In this document: in pieces, positions 62,985 to 64,000 of the stretch
Position numbering within the stretch: position 1 is the first letter of the stretch
Layout: every line of letters starts with the position of its first letter
Assembly: GCA_002269645.1 (NCBI GenBank)
Contig: NIVC01001672.1
Span: 119,428-183,427 of the forward strand
DNA length: 64,000 bases
Source of the DNA: Macrostomum lignano
Lineage: Eukaryota
Direction: 5' to 3'
Program-made: the position numbers and the translations under genes
Notes under the pieces: model-generated
What the model was told of the DNA's origin: nothing
Databases searched by the model: none
The model's input: the letters and a program-made list of their open reading frames with translations, nothing else

Positions 62985-64000
62985 TGATGCTCAGATGGCA
63001 ACTCTAGTGCTTGATGAATAACGAAGCTCGTATCTTGCTTTGCTTGTTTATTTGGCTTTAGGACCACATTAATGATAGCAGGGCTTGTAACAAGATTATG
63101 AAGCTAGGACTCTTATATATTAGGAAGGGATGAGGGAGGCGGCATTTGGGCGCAGCGGCCATAGACTATTGCACGAGCGTATGTCATGTCTCCCTCCAGA
63201 AGGAAAGAGTTGAACTATGTCTCCGAACAATGTAAACTTTATGTTAGGAACTCAACAGATAACTAATTCAAATTCAGCGTGTCAGATTTCATTTTGGTTA
63301 CTCGTAGTGTGTAGCTAATGCGGTTTTTTTAGCAGTCATGACGAGTAGCGGTCTGGTTGGCGACGCATCCGGGTGCTACGGCGAATTCCACCTGCTTCTT
63401 GTTCTTGCGCGCCTTGGGTCGAATTGTCGCTGGCATTCCCTGCCTCCGTGTCTGCGGGATCTCCTGCTATTGATTGTTCATCGTCGTGTGGCAGTGGAGC
63501 AAGTTGGTTGTCGCTTGCCAAACGCAGTTCGCTCCCGTCCAACACGAAGGCCGTGTTGCGGCCTCGGTTCATCACGTATTCGACAGTGGAGGGTGGAACG
63601 TCCGAAGCTGGCTGATACAGAACGCACTCGCCTTGGTTGAACGTGGAGACTACAGGAGCGCGTAGTTGGCGTCCGAAAACAATCTCAGCTGGCGTCTTGC
63701 CCTGAGGCATTTAATGATCTGATCTGTGGATCGATCTTTACAGGGAAAGGCCTCGATCCAACCAGAGTGAGAGTCGACTGCTATCAGGATGTTTCCAACA
63801 TTCTTTACGTACGCCCAGTCAACGTGAAGCTTTTTAAATGGGTATTCAGTCGATGGCCAGGTGTCTCTGGTCTTCCCCAATCTGGGCCGCAGCCTGTTGC
63901 ATACATCATACTGGCTGACAAATCGCTCGATGTCAGCGCGCATTCCAGGCCACCAGCAGGACAAGCTCATGAAGTTGAGTGTCGCCAGAGACCCAGAGTG
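62985..64000 (-). mobile_element. Ty3/Gypsy LTR retrotransposon remnant (integrase fragments; putative 3' LTR about 62985-63186)
   Basis: WWPGMRADIERFV...PFKKLHVDWA...LIAVDSHSGWIEAFP and GKTPAEIVFGRQLR. Polypurine GGAGGGAGA precedes a TG...CA segment containing TATATAAG and AATAAA on the minus strand. LTR limits are tentative. Confidence 0.85.

Overview
Animal (eukaryotic) genomic DNA, not prokaryotic. The GC-rich codons, poly-Q tracts and minisatellite-stuffed introns resemble the free-living flatworm Macrostomum, but that assignment is a guess. I reconstructed the genes by hand from splice signals and reading-frame phase. They are: a two-exon secreted defensin-like prepropeptide (2373-2765, +); an RSKR/SGK494-type kinase (8455-12236, -, 4 exons); two tandem type II membrane TNF-superfamily ligand-like genes (18494-21242 and 22532-26453, -); tRNA-Asp(GTC); an intronless coiled-coil gene; an intronless cytosolic Hsp70 with two heat-shock element arrays; and 19 exons of a non-muscle myosin II heavy chain (37493-62548, +, continuing past the window) containing a 6.3-kb U12-type intron. 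The ORF track misses the defensin's mature-peptide exon and shows the TNF-like genes only as fragments. The rest is tandem repeats and mobile-element remnants: hAT MITEs with 8-bp TSDs (one with a LINE inserted in its TIR), RTE and I-group LINE fragments, a Penelope relic with a decayed hammerhead ribozyme, a CpG-decayed tRNA-SINE, two long fold-backs, a 5S rRNA fragment and a Gypsy remnant. No CRISPR array. All family assignments are by-eye motif recognition; no database search was run.
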